DNA of 56,811 bases from Tubiluchus corallicola. Taxonomy: Eukaryota; Animalia; Priapulida. The stretch's first letter is position 1; every line of letters starts with the position of its first letter. The DNA is taken from contig JAQGDQ010001186.1 of assembly GCA_030141605.1 (NCBI GenBank), positions 1-56,811 of the forward strand. Reading direction: 5' to 3'. Both the position numbers and the translations under genes were made by a program. Positions 1 to 14,400 of the stretch are shown here, piece after piece. The notes beneath the pieces were generated by a model that worked only from the letters and a program-made list of their open reading frames with translations, searched no databases and had not been told where the DNA came from.

Positions 1-315
1 TTAACCCTTGCAAGACGGTTGTAGCTTAATGTCACTGTACTACACAGACTTTGTGATACACATTACTAATATGCATTGTAATGAAATTACCGCTATCTGT
101 CCTGAAAGTAGAAATATATGGTTTGTAATATAAATTTTAATAACTTGTAAAATAGTTTCTCGAGTGTAGTAGTAACGATGTACGCAGGTCGGATGCAAAA
201 AAAATCGTTATTAGGCCTTTCTGTACTTGGCTCCTTGATCAAACTGCCTGTGGCCCTTAGGAATTGTGGGAAAGTTTAATGTGGCTCGGCTAGTCAGATA
301 ATTTGCACACCCCTG
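1..315 (+). mobile_element. hAT-like MITE family A, truncated by window start
   Basis: Near-identical to 49842-50157 and, inverted, to 41962-42272. Ends in TIR ATTTGCACACCCCTG. Confidence 0.85.
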
Positions 316-376
316 CACTAGATGATTAACATTCCTCGTGTGCCAATCACTTGCTTACATAATCAATGTGTTCTAG

Positions 377-3300
377 GATGGATAAGCACGGCGGTTTATT
401 CGGCTGGCACACCATTACGCGCTCGCAAGAGGAAGTGGTGCTGACAGCATCTGAGTCGGACGCCATGGCAGTGAGTCAGGAGGCTCGCGTTCCAGCTCTC
501 TCGCTCCCCCGCGGGACTTCTAATCTTCCTCAAGAGGTGAGTTTGCAACTGTTTCGTAATTGTATGAACTTTAACAATGAGGTCAGTTAGATGTCATGAA
601 AAATTTGTGATACTGGTCAATTTTTGATAAGTTACCACAATTTTTTTCAAGATTTTTACTATTTCAGAGCAATTTTTCATGAGTACAACTACGTCAAAAT
701 TAACGACAGACATAATTTCCCATCACAATTAATAAATCTGTGAAAGTTGGAATTGTACATTGTAGTTAGGTGCTGCCATCTATGTGCTAATCTTGTTACA
801 TTCTACCAGCTGACTTACCTTCAGTATAATTGTATGGTCCAGTGACTACATACACACTGGTCCTCTCCCTATCTAAAATTAATGGTTGTTGTGAAGCCTG
901 TGCAACTCTGCATAGGTCAAGTTCTATACCTGTATACCTGGCTGTGAAACAGGTTTTACTGACTGTTTTTTGCTTTCTAGTTTTTGCTCAATGTTCAGTG
1001 CAGCAGTTTCGCTACTCATGTTTTCTCTATAAACACTAAATAAACACTTTTCTGTTGTGTGAAGTGCAAATATTATGATAGATTTTTGGTTCCTATTCAT
1101 ACTTCTCTGTGTCTAAACTCAATCATAACAAAGCGACTGAACAACAACTTCAAAAATGACTTTTACAACTTCAGCTCTTAATTTTTTAATCTGCTAAATT
1201 GGTTATTAATAATTACTTGTTTCAGATTTCGTAAAAACAAAATTCCATTTGTTACTTCACAAGCAGGTTTACTGTTCCAGCTAGCCAGGAATTCATTTCA
1301 AACTGTTTTTGTAAACGAAGCGGCTGTGCACATGATTTCAAAGAAATTTCACTTTAATGCTAATCGAAGTTCGTATATCAGCGACGAGTTCAAAAAGGAA
1401 CTAAACAAACTGCAAAATATCAAACTTGAAACTAGAACACAACTGCTAATTGATTCAAAATCATTCTTGTTGGTTTTGATTAAAGTACTTGTGTGTGTTT
1501 ATTGTATGTGATTGTGTATATAAGAGTTATTGTTTATTGTATGTGATTGTGTATATAAGAGTTGTTTATCATTTAGGCATTGACCTTGTTGGAACAATTT
1601 AAGAAAATAATCTTATGGTTCAGCAATGACGTGCGCTCGTGGGAAGCAGCGAAAAGATTTGCCAAAAAACTTAATGAGAAACGTTGCTTTTTCATCAGGT
1701 AAGATTTTCAGCCATCTTTACATAGATTTGGTTGGTGGGTTGTATGTTTCAGCCATCTTTGTATTGGTTTGACAGATGATATGTTTCAAACTTCTTTATG
1801 TTGGTTTGCCAGATGATATGTTTCAAACTTCTTTATGTTGGTTTGCCAGATGATATGTTTCAAACCTCTTTATGTTGGTTTTCTATACGATATGTTTGAA
1901 ACCTCTTTATGATGATTTTCCATGCGATATGTTTCAAACTTCGTTATGTTCGTTTGCCAGATGATATGTTTCAAACCTCTTTATGTTGATTTTCCATGCA
2001 ATATGTTTCAAACCTCTTTATGTTGGTTTGCCAGATGATATGTTTGAAACCTCTTTATGTTGGTTTTCCATACGATATGTTTGAAACCTCTTTATGTTGA
2101 TTTTCGATACGATATGTTTCAAACTTCTTTATGTTCGTTTGCCAGATGATATGTTTCAAACTTCTTTATGTTGGTTTGCCAGATGATATGTTTCATACTT
2201 CTTTATGTTGGTTTGCCAGATGATATGTTTCAAACTTCTTTATGTTGGTTTGCCAGATGATATGTTTCAAACTTCTTTATGTTGGTTTGCCAGATGATAT
2301 GTTTCAAACTTCTTTATGTTGGTTTGCCAGATGATGTGTTTCATACTTCTTTATGTTGGTTTGCCAGATGATATGTTTCAAACTTCTTTATGTTGGTTTG
2401 CCAGATGATGTGTTTCATACTTCTTTATGTTGGTTTGCCAGATGATATGTTTCAAACTTCTTTATGTTGGTTTGCCACATGATATGTTTCAAACTTCTTT
2501 ATGTTGGTTTGCCAGATGATATGTTTCAAACTTCTTTATGTTGGTTTGCCAGATGATATGTTTCAAACTTCTTTATGTTGGTTTGTCAGATGATGTGTTA
2601 CATACTTCTTTATGTTCGTTTGCCAGATGATATGTTTCAAACTTCTTTATGTTGGTTTGCCAGATGATATGTTTCAAACTTCTTTATGTTGGTTTGCCAG
2701 ATGATATGTTTCATACTTCTTTATGTTGGTTTGCCAGATGATATGTTTCAAACTTCTTTATGTTGGTTTGCCAGATGATATGTTTCAAACTTCTTTATGT
2801 TGGTTTGCCACATGATATGTTTCAAACTTCTTTATGTTGGTTTGCCAGATGATATGTTTCAAACTTCTTTATGTTGGTTTGTCACATGATATGTTTCAAA
2901 CTTCTTTATGTTGGTTTGTCAGATGATATGTTTCAAACTTCTTTATGTTGGTTTGCCAGATGATATGTTACATACTTCTTTATGTTGGTTTGCCAGATGA
3001 TATGTTTCAAACTTCTTTATGTTGGTTTGCCAGATGATATGTTTCAAACTTCTTTATGTTGGTTTGTCACATGATATGTTTCAAACTTCTTTATGTTGGT
3101 TTGTCAGATGATGTGTTTCATACTTCTTTATGTTGGTTTGCTTAAGTTAAAATTTCAATAGTACATTAGAACAAATCAAATAAAGACTAATTGCACATTT
3201 AAGACTAAAAACGCCAGCAAATTAAACCATCACAATACAAATAAAGGTCATTGATCGATTAAGCTGCTTTCAGGAGTTACAATAGAGAAAATATGAGAAT

Positions 3301-6300
3301 CACAATCATTTTATGAGGTTGCTTTTCAATACAACACGACGCTGTCAGCTAAAAGAATACGTTGTGTTTATGAGTGCGGTCAAGTGCACGCTAATTTGCT
3401 AAATAATCGTAGACTCTGGTTATCACAATACGGGTGCACTTGGCAATACGCAGGATGTCTTGACTTTGCATCATTACATCTGTGTATCGTCACAGCTCTA
3501 AGTGACCCCATTTGAGAACCACTCAGTGTGGGTTAGTGTATAATTGCTGTGGAACTGCAGCACCCCCTATTTTCTCTCAATGTTGTCAATAATATTCAAT
3601 ATAAATAGTCTTTTTTCTTTAGTTCGTTTTTTATACTTCCACAGAACCAGAGCACGTGAGGGTAGTACTGTTTGCTTCACAGCCCAGCACTGTGCGCTCC
3701 AGCAATATGGTGTTTGGCCATGCGCACACGTCTGAGCCCAGGTAGAGAAAGTACTGTCACTCACACAGTTTTTTGTCAGTTGTCACGTGCTTACCGTTAA
3801 TGAATCAAGCTTGAATTGCGACAGTTTAGGCTATCAGAAAGCAAAAAATATTTTTTGTTTAGGATTTTATATCAAGTTCGTGTATAAATTTTCGTATGTT
3901 TGTTTGTTTGTTTAAAATTACAATTACGAATCACATCATTAAAATTACACATCGTTGTTTGTATCATTTTACACAGCATTAAAACAATGGCTAAAGATTT
4001 TCTGAAGCAGCACCCCCTCTAATTTTAGCTACGAGCAGTCACTGTTCACCTGATGATAACAAGCGATCACCCCTTTTGAGAACCACCCACTAATCTGTCT
4101 AATCTGAAATACTGAAATGGACAAATATTTCTGTGTTTTTTCATTGCAGGCCAAAGGATAATCAACCGTCTCCGCTCAGTGCACTGCAGCAGGGTCTCAG
4201 TTTGAGTCAAATTCTCCGGCAGGCTCACCCGGTGGGGCACAAGTCTATAGTGTCGTTCAGAGCATTGAGACAGGACGTCCTCTCTGAATTATGTCACACC
4301 GATCAGGTCTCGGGCATAAAGGTAATTTGTACTGCTGTTAGTGAAACAATATTATGAAATATTATGAAAACCGGATGATTGTGTAAACACGAGTTCAGAA
4401 TAAAGAATTCTCTAAAATACAATAGCTTTTTTTAAATCAAAGCTTAGATTAAATAATAATTTCCTCCGATACTCAAATTTCGTTAAACTTTCAAAGCTAC
4501 GCCGTTAATTAACTTTCTAAGCTAATTATTCAAATATAAGAAACAATTGCTAAGTTTTATAGGCAACAAAATGTATATTTTGAACAGTAAATTAAAATGA
4601 GATTGAGTCTAAACAATCATCCAGTTTTCTTTTAATAGACTTACTTTGGGAAGGAAGTGTTTTGACACGTTTAACCGACTGAATCTACTAGCAATCGGGT
4701 CCAGCATATTACTACTGTAGACGTATGAGTCATGACTCATCACCTTAGTATGCATTGCAAAGGCTTTAAATGAATTTTAGAAACGAATTAATGTCAATTT
4801 TCCTATGTGTAATTATTTAAGAAGTTATTTAAGAATGCTAATTTATATAAGTGAATTAATAGAAAAAGAAAATAAAAAACGCTTAAATCACTTATTGTCA
4901 TCTAGGTATCCTCAGTCATTTAGGAAGTCTTCTAGGAGGTCATCTGTCCTCAAAGAAGTCCTCTGCCCTACTGGAAGTCTTCAATACTCTGGAAAGTCCT
5001 CTAGGAAGAAGTTGGTCTTCTAGGAAGTTGCTTGTTATCTAGGAAGTTCTCCAGGAGGTCTTCTGTCCTGTTTACAGTATTCTGTCATCTAGGAAGTCCT
5101 CTGGGAAATCCACTGTCCTCTAAGAAGTCTTCTGTCCTCTTCGAGGTCATCTGTCCTCCTGGCAGTCTTCTGTCTTCTAGGATGACCTTTGTCTTCTAGG
5201 AGGTCATCTATTATCTGGGAAGTTCCCTGGGAGATCCACTGTCCTTTTTGATGCCTTCTGTCATCTAGGAAGTTCTCTGTCCTCCAGGAGATCTTCTGTC
5301 CTCTTGGAAGTAATCTGTCCTCTAGGAAGTCACTGTCACTAAATATTACAAAAATTCGTGCGAGGTCGGTTGCTTCATTTCTTCACGGAAAAGTTGGTTT
5401 ATGAAGTTCTCATAATGATTGAAAATTTGTTGCGGTGTATCGTACGTATTCATGCAAAATGCCTAGTCACCTAGTGCTTGAGCTGCAGTTGATGACGTGA
5501 CCTTGTTTCTCCTGTGAAAACCAGCGGGAACTTCAAAAGCAAACTGCTGGGCAATTGATTAGGTTTATCTACCAGATACGTAATCCAATGTACTAATGTA
5601 CATATATGCATATATCTAATGAAAAATTTCGCTAGCTTGCACAAGACTCATGTTCACATATACTACAGAACAGCATAATGAAAACATATGTAGATCAATT
5701 CCCACACCTTAAACTTTCCAGCTAGATGGAGCCACCTTGGCTACAAAATCAAAATTTATTAAGTCAGGTTCACACTGGCCTTAATAATGGGTTTAACTGC
5801 AGCGGATTCTTTTCAATTGATTCCGTTATTTTTTATAATATTCTGATCACTGGCAGCTCGTGGTTAAAGTTACCGAGGGTGTCGCTTCATAAAATGTTTA
5901 CCCATTGTTTTAATATTGTGATTTTAAACAAAGAAACTTACGTATGTTTATGCATAAACTTCATAAATCCTGAACAAAATTTTTTTTGCTTACTAATAGC
6001 CTAAATTCTTGCAGTTCAAGCTTGATCCATTCGCGGTAAGCACGTGACAACTGACAGCAAACGGTGTGAGGGACAGTGCTTTCTCTACCTGGGCTCAGAC
6101 ATACGCACATGGCTGCAACAGTCAAACACGCCACTGTGCTGGTTTGTGAAGCAGACAGTACCACCCTCACGTGCTCTGCTTCCGTAAAAAAGAAAAAACA
6201 AAAGAGAAACACAAACGTAAAAAAAAGAAAATGAAGACTTTCAAATTAGCTGACAACTAACGACGTCATTAATTAATTATGGCCATCATTGCCAAAATTT

Positions 6301-8446
6301 TTATAAACCATTAGAGTTTATTTTACCAACTTTTACCATTGCAGTTAGTAAGATGAAAAAGGAGACCCCTAAAAATTGCGCTCTGGTCGGGGCTTGAACC
6401 CAAGGAGGAAATCTTGCTGGGCTGTGTGGCTCAAGTGGTAAAGTATGCGTGTACTAATCGCTGGTTTCCAGTTCAAATCCCGGCTAGCCCACAATTTTTC
6501 TGTGTCTTCTTTTTCAAACTCATTACCTACAATGGGTAGTAATTGGTTAAATCAACCGCAAAGGTTTAGAAACATTCTGGCGCTCACAGTCATAATTAAT
6601 TAAAGAATTTAAATGTTTATTGTTATTATTGTTTGTTTGCTTGTTTGTTTACCATTTATTTTACATTTATAATCTGCTTTCCGTAGAAATCATCATTTTC
6701 CTTTGTCTTTTTTCCCTTTCGCAATTTTCTCTGTATTTTAGTGGAAGCGCTACACCCAGCTGAACAAGCTTTTGAAGGGCCATCGTCCAGGAGAGCTGAC
6801 CGTCTTCACCGGACCGACAGGAGCGGGCAAGACGACTTTCATGAGCGAGTACAGTCTCGACCTGGCGATGCAGGGGGTCAATACGCTTTGGGGAAGTTTT
6901 GAAATCAAGAACATTCGTCTAGCAAAGATGATGCTGACCCAGTTTGCGCAGTAAGTCACACATGAAGGAAGACAGGATGATTTTTTATATACTGCTATTT
7001 TCAAGTCCAATAAAAACTAATAATAGTTCTGTGAATCTACTAAGATTGGCAACGGCACTTTTTTGACCGACAAATAGAAGGCGGTACCGTGATAACCATG
7101 ATCATGGACTGCAGTATTAGTTTCTGACGTCATGTGACGTAGAGCCCATTTTTCGTGACATCATGCATTTAAACAGTACTGTAACACTTATGCAAATGTG
7201 CTTGATGCGCAAGGGAAGATGCCTGCTGTTGCACAAACTGTGGTTAGTTTCTGACGTAAGCAATAGCTGTGTTCGGTTGCCATTAATTAACTTTCTAAGC
7301 TAATTATTCAAATATGAGGAACAATTGTCGACTTTTATAGGCAAGAAAATGAATATTTTGGACAGTAAATTGAAATGAGACTAAATCTAAACAATCGTCC
7401 GGTTTTTCTTTAACCGTGCCAGCAAGCGTACACTTGCTTCTGGAATCTTCTGTGTTGAACAAAACACACTTCATTTTTCGATACACTCAACTGTGGCACC
7501 CGGATCCTGATATTGTTAAAGGAAGACAGGATGATTTTTCATAGACTACGTCATTTTCTGGTTTGATAAAAAGTATACATTTTAACGCAATTAATCCTGC
7601 AAAGGCATTCCTGATAGCTAAATAATAGATTAAAAACTTAATCAAAGGTGGGCGAGCCCAACTATTGCTGACATCACAAACTAACATAATTTTCAACAGC
7701 AGAAATATTCCACGAGTGTGTTGCACGTGTTTGCGAAGAGAAAATTGACGTACGCTGCTACTGTAAGATATTCCCTAAGACATCGCTACTGTGTGTTGTA
7801 CTAAAACTAGGCAAGTTTTAAGGTAAAATGTCAAATTTACCGTTGTGTTCCCTAACTAGCAAATGGCAAAATGCATGTAACAGAGAAGAACTAGTGGTGC
7901 GAACATGAAATTATGTTTGTGTGGTAACAATTCTCTCACCTAAGTCATTGTTTAAAAAATAGTATGTTTTCTTTCAATGTCTTGACTAATAGACTGTTTT
8001 GATCTACAGTTTAAGATTAGGTCTGGATTTGCTTTAAGGATCTTGCATGGCATACTTAGCTGGGAATTTTCCAGGTTTGTCTTGATGGTACAAGTCTGGA
8101 TAAAGTTGATATATCGGCAGATGGCACAAAAATATGCCAAGGTTTTGATTATGATGTGTCTGCTTGCACAGCAAAAACATCCGGCGAAAGTGGGCAATTA
8201 AGCTTTTCTAGTTATTCACATATCCTGAATCTCCATTTCATGAGGATCATTTTGATACCAAGTTCATCACTCTATATTATTTCTAAGCTGAGATAATCTA
8301 CATTGAAGTTGAGGTGCAGGCTGCACACTGAAAAACAATCTTGAGAAAATCGCTGTTAAAGTCAGCCATTGTTTTTTGTTGCGTTTCAACAAAACACTTA
8401 GCAAAATATATATATATATATATATATGTATTTTTTCAGGCAAAAT

Positions 8447-8484
<38 letters not shown>

Positions 8485-11400
8485 TTTTTCAGGCAAAATT
8501 AATTTCATCGTCTTTTTGTTTGCTAATTGAGTCAACTCACTGCTCAAGAGGTCAAAGGTCACTTGATGTAATTTTCGATAAAACTATTTCCCCATTCGCA
8601 AATAAAGATATTTTCTGCAATCGGTATATATTTCAGGTGTGCATAGTTAAGAAAAATGTATTGCAACACAAAATAAAATTATATTGACTTCGACAGCATG
8701 TTGTAACTAAGGTTTTCACCTGTAACCTTTGACCTGAGTTAGTAACTAAAGATAAAAAATCCATATTTGTAACAAAAGTATATCATCATGTTGCAGCTAA
8801 AGAGGTCAAATCCGTTGGTCTTTGACCTCATATAGTAAATAAAGATAAAACGAGTGACGTTTGACCTAATACAATTGCTGAAAGGTCAACAGTACTGACC
8901 TGTAGCACTACAGCGTAACAAACACACATGTTATCAGAAGAAAGCACACTGACGTCACTTATGCTTTTAATTAAACTTGGAAATTTCTTAGCATAGAGCA
9001 ATTAAACTCATAGTGTTGTCTGTGACAGTGTACAAGCAGTTGGCTTCAAAAGATATTATCAGGGTCCAAACAAAAACCCATAATTTGTAGGGCTGTAACG
9101 ATGCACCTGAGTCACGATACGATACGTATCTCGATACTAACCTCACTATACAATACGTATCACGATACACATTGAGTTAATGTTTGCAGGCTTTAATAAA
9201 AAAAAAACTAGATTAAGTTGTTGATATATTATATGTGTATATTATATTTATAATATATTGAATTGAAGAATTGTAAAAATAGCTAGATCACGGGTTAGAT
9301 TCATTTGAACTGACATAGATGTGTGCTTTTGGCCGTTGAAAACTTTGAACTGAAAATAGACTTGGAATTAATACAAAAAAAAAACACATACCAAGCAACT
9401 ATGATGGCACGTTCAGACTAGAGAGTTCTCTCGCAAGTTCTCTCAGAGAGTAAACTCGCCTCTCGCAAGTTATTGCAAACTCAATAAATCTTTAAAAAAT
9501 CTTAGGTCATTCTCTTAGGTTTTTGCAAAGATGCTGTTTCGTTTTCTTCATTTTCTTTTTTCATTTCAGAAAGAGGTTGGACACGTGTCTTGAAGAATTT
9601 GATCACTGGGCAGATAAGTTCGAGAATTTGCCGATCTACTTTATGACGTTTCACGGCCAGGAAACGTTGAAAACTGTCATGGAGGTTCGTTTCCGCGACA
9701 ACGCAATGTTTATGGTCAATCTTGGGCATTGTACATAGTGTTTTTCCTCATTAGTTTATCTTCGTTGTGAATACCGGGTGTCCCAGAAGAAAGGTGCAGT
9801 GAAAATACGCTGGCGCGCCTGTATCGGAATGTAAAAAAATGAAGTTATAGGTAGTTGTTCACTTGCCACTTGCGAAAGTTGATTTCAATTCGATTTGAGT
9901 TTGCTTTCCAATCCTCAATTTCTACTGCATTGCTTTTCTGGAATGCCCTGTACAATTTGACTTTTAGTATTTACCATTTTTAGTAATCATTTTGACTGCT
10001 TCTTGTCGGGAGAGTCTCGTCTTGTCACTGGAGCACCTAATTTCAGTTTGTGTCCATGTTTTAATCACGGTGCTCCGCTAATACAACGAGCTGCCGAGCG
10101 AATACATTGTTTCTTCTTGGAGTTACTGAAAATTAGCTATGTTCTGATCCTGCTACAACTGCTAGATGTTTACAGTAAGTCCTCGCTTAACACCGCTAAT
10201 GCGTTGCAGCAAAACGCGACGTTAAACGAGACCAAAACTTACGTAGAAATTGATTTAAAAGAATTGAGATACGTTCCAGAGCCAAAAATACGTTTCAGAG
10301 CAATGCAGCTTAAATCATATAAATTAAACTTTTTAAGAGTTTCTTTAAGGTTTCTACTAATTAATTTATTTCTGCTCGCTTGAAACCACCTATCTTTCCT
10401 ACCAATACGTACCTAGCTAGCGGTTTCTCTTTCATTAAGGTTTAAGCCCAGGCAGCCATTAAACAATAAACGCTGCAGAGTCAAAGCCAAGCGCTGCATG
10501 AGGTGACCTTGGAAATTTTATCATACCAGAGCACTGTATCATTTATTACCTAGTCTGGTTGCTATAGTAACAGGTTGCAGGTAGAAGTGCTTGTTCACAA
10601 AGTTTATTCACAGGTCTTGCTTGAGAGAAACGGCAGCTAGTATAGTAGTCAGTTGGGAAGCAAAGACATGTATAATAATTGCACTGTTTGCGTTACTAAT
10701 GCACTTTTAAAACAGAATAATGCAATACGTACCGTTTTAGTGCGTCAAACAAAGTAAAAAAGTTGTTGATAAAATGAAATCTGGCTTTCAGCAAAGCAAA
10801 AAAAATGTCGTTAAAATGAAACACCGCTAAACGGGGTATCGTTAAGCGAGGACTTACTGTCAAGTGTTCAGCGTCATTAAAATGAAACGTCGCTAAATGA
10901 TGAGTTGTTAAACGAGGATTTACATGTAATGTGAACCTGGTAATGACAAGAGTACACATACAATTATTATTGCACCTTTCTTGCTATTGAACTACACATC
11001 CCACATTATTTGAATTTTATCGCTCCCTTGCAGACGATGTCGCACGCGGTGTACGTGCACGACATACAGCACGCCATCATTGACAACCTGCAGTTCATGA
11101 TCGGGATGGAGGCGAACGTCAACCGGTTCTGGAAGCAAGACCTGGTCGTGGGAGCATTCCGGAAATTCGCCACGCTGAATAACTGCCACGTGACGCTGGT
11201 GATGCATCCGAGGAAGGTACACGAGTGATTTGTGTTGTACGATTTAAGCACACCCGTAACACACATCCTGAATAGGTTTACTTATACGTTAAACTCCGCG
11301 TAACTCAAAATTGCACAACTCAAATTTTCGCCTAACTCAAATAATTTCAGTGGAACGGATGAAATCCTTCGTTGTTTGAACAAGAAAACATCGCTTAACT

Positions 11401-14400
11401 CCAAATATATATATATATACCTCAAAATTTCCTTAAGTTAAAATAAAAAATTATGGTCAAAATATGCGTAATTCACTTCGCCTAACTCAAAAAATCAATT
11501 TTTACTCTAGAAAAATTTTCTCCGGCATTGATCTTTCCATGAAAGTCTCAGTCGACTACTACGTAGTAACTCGACTCTACTGGGGAAGATGAAAACAATC
11601 ACTCTATTGTCATTGTCTATTCAAATTCACTTTCTCTGTCTAACACTTGTGTACATGTCATGTTGTAACATAAAAAAATCACGTTTCACTACATAATTTG
11701 TTATTCTTTATGTAATTGGCATCAAATCTCGTCGTTTATGTATAGAAGGGATGACTTTCTGCCTTCTATTTAGCTCGCCATCTGGAGGAGGGGTTTAGAG
11801 TTTCGATGCTGGAAGATGGTCCAGCATCGCCTAACTCAAAAGTTTTTTTCAGTCCGGTTGGATTTGAGTTATGCGGAGTTTACTGTATATTTACTGTCCC
11901 ACCATAAATTGAATAGTTTTAAAAAGCGATACATTTGGTTTGCAGTACCCATTCTCCCGTGAATCTGAAGAGATGGGTTTCACGGCTGAGTGAATACGCA
12001 TGCATGCTGCGTGTGAATGGCTCCCGAATGCGCCCGAGTTCAAACTCATTTTGCGAAATTTGATTTGCCGTGCTGATCCTGACCATTTACCTTGTAGGGA
12101 ATGGGTGGTTCACTTGGTCAGAATTGGTTAGCAGATGACTCTGCTGGTGCAGTGGCTCACGTTAAGGGTTGTCAATGATAATGAGCCATGATTCTTTTAC
12201 CCTACGTACATCAGTGTTGACTAGGCACTGCTAAATGTATGTTGTGTACCCAATCCCCGGGTTTGCACTATACTAGCGATTAATAGATTAATCGAGATTA
12301 CAACCATGTATAAATGTACATAATCGGCAATTGAACAGTAATGCAGTTGATCGAGAGCAAAATATACGTGTTACACACTGACTAGGAGGCAGTGTTTTAG
12401 CACAAATAAATGGAATTCTTGCATTTTTTCTTTATTTTTCTTACCTTACACAACGTGCGCACAATTACAAACCACAGTGTTGCAAACTGGGGCTTCTTAT
12501 TCGCTTTCGCATGACGCGTGTGGTCCTAACTACATTTTACCTCAGTTCAATGTTTTGCCGTATTTCTACAGGAGAAGGAGTCGGACATGTTACAAAACGC
12601 ATCGATATTTGGCGGAGTCAAGGCCAGTCAGGAATCGGACAACATTCTAATACTCCAGGACAGACAGCTTCTAACCCAGCGAGGGAAAAAGTTCATACAG
12701 GTATTAGTTTAATCATTAATGTAATTTAATCATACAGGTATTAGTTTAATCATTACTGTAATTTAATCATACAGGTATTAGTTTAATCATTACTGTAATT
12801 TAATCATACAGGTATTAGTTTAATCATTAATGTAATTTAATCATACAGGTATTAGTTTAATCATTACTGTAATTTAATCATACAGGTATTAGTTTAATCA
12901 TTACTGTAATTTAATCATACAGGTATTAGTTTAATCATTACTGTAATTTAATCATACAGGTATTAGTTTAATCATTACTGTAATTTAATCATACAGGTAT
13001 TAGTTTAATCATTACTGTAATTTAATCATACAGGTATTAGTTTAATCATTACTGCAATTTAATCATACAGGTATTAGTTTAATCATTAATGTAATTTAAT
13101 CATACAGGTATTAGTTTAATCATTATTGTAATTTAATCATACAGGTATTAGTTTAATCATTACTGTAATTTAATCATACAGGTATTAGTTTAATCATTAT
13201 TGTAATTTAATCATACAGGTATTAGTTTAATCATTACTGCAATTTAATCATACAGGTATTAGTTTAATCATTACTGTAATTTAATCATACAGGTATTAGT
13301 TTAATCATTAATGTAATTTAATCATACAGGTATTAGTTTAATCATTATTGTAATTTAATCATACAGGTATTAGTTTAATCATTAATGTAATTTGATCATG
13401 CAGGTATTAGTTTAATCATTAATGTAATTTAATCATACAGGTATTAGTTTAATCATTACTGTAATTTAATCATACAGGTATTAGTTTAATCATTAATGTG
13501 TCATTGTAAAATGTTTCTTAGTTGTGTAGTAACTATAGCTAGGTATAAATGCAGAGATATTACTAGCCTGTTTATGGAATAATACTTAAAGTGTGTCGTT
13601 AAAGGTCTGTTTTTGTTATACAGCATGTTGCCCATTGTTTGCCATGCAACAGACCATAGAATTTGTATTACAATATGGTGCTCATTGTTTGCCATGCAAC
13701 AGACCATAGAATTTGTATTACAATATGGTGCTCATTGTTTGCCATGCAACAGACCATAGAATTTGTATTACAATATGGTGCTCATTGTTTGCCATGCAAC
13801 AGACCATAGAATTTGTATTACAATATGGTGCTCATTGTTTGCCATACAACAGACCATAGAATTTGTATTACAATATGGTGCTCATTGTTTGCCATACAGC
13901 AGACCATAGAATTTGTATTACAATATGGTGCTCATTGTTTCCATACAGCAGACCATAGAATTTGTGTTACAATATGGTGCTCATTGTTTGCCATACAACA
14001 GACCATAGAATTTGTATTACAATATGGTGCTCATTGTTTGCCATATAGCAGACCATAGAATTTGTATTACAATATGGTGCTCATTGTTTGTCATACAACA
14101 GACCATAGAATTTGTATTACAATATGGTGCTCATTGTTTGCCATATAGCAGACCATAGAATTTGTATTACAATATGGTGCTCATTGTTTGCCATACAACA
14201 GACCATAGAATTTGTATTACAATATGGTGCTCATTGTTTGCCATACAACAGACCATAGAATTTGTATTACAATATGGTGCTCATTGTTTGTCATACAACA
14301 GACCATAGAATTTGTATTACAATATGGTGCTCATTGTTTGCCATACAACAGACCATAGAATTTGTATTACAATATGGTGCTCATTGTTTGCCATACAGCA

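Noticed and set aside
6419-6490. Functional tRNA gene
   Set aside because: A and B boxes are present, but the acceptor, anticodon and T stems pair poorly and it is embedded in a foldback repeat.
6742-6950. Phage/bacterial DnaB-like helicase or horizontal transfer
   Set aside because: It is one spliced exon of nuclear Twinkle, whose T7-like ancestry is well known.
11804-11830. Perfect hairpin CGATGCTGGA/TCCAGCATCG as a miRNA or ribozyme
   Set aside because: Only a 10-bp stem, inside a pogo-like MITE, with no catalytic core motif.
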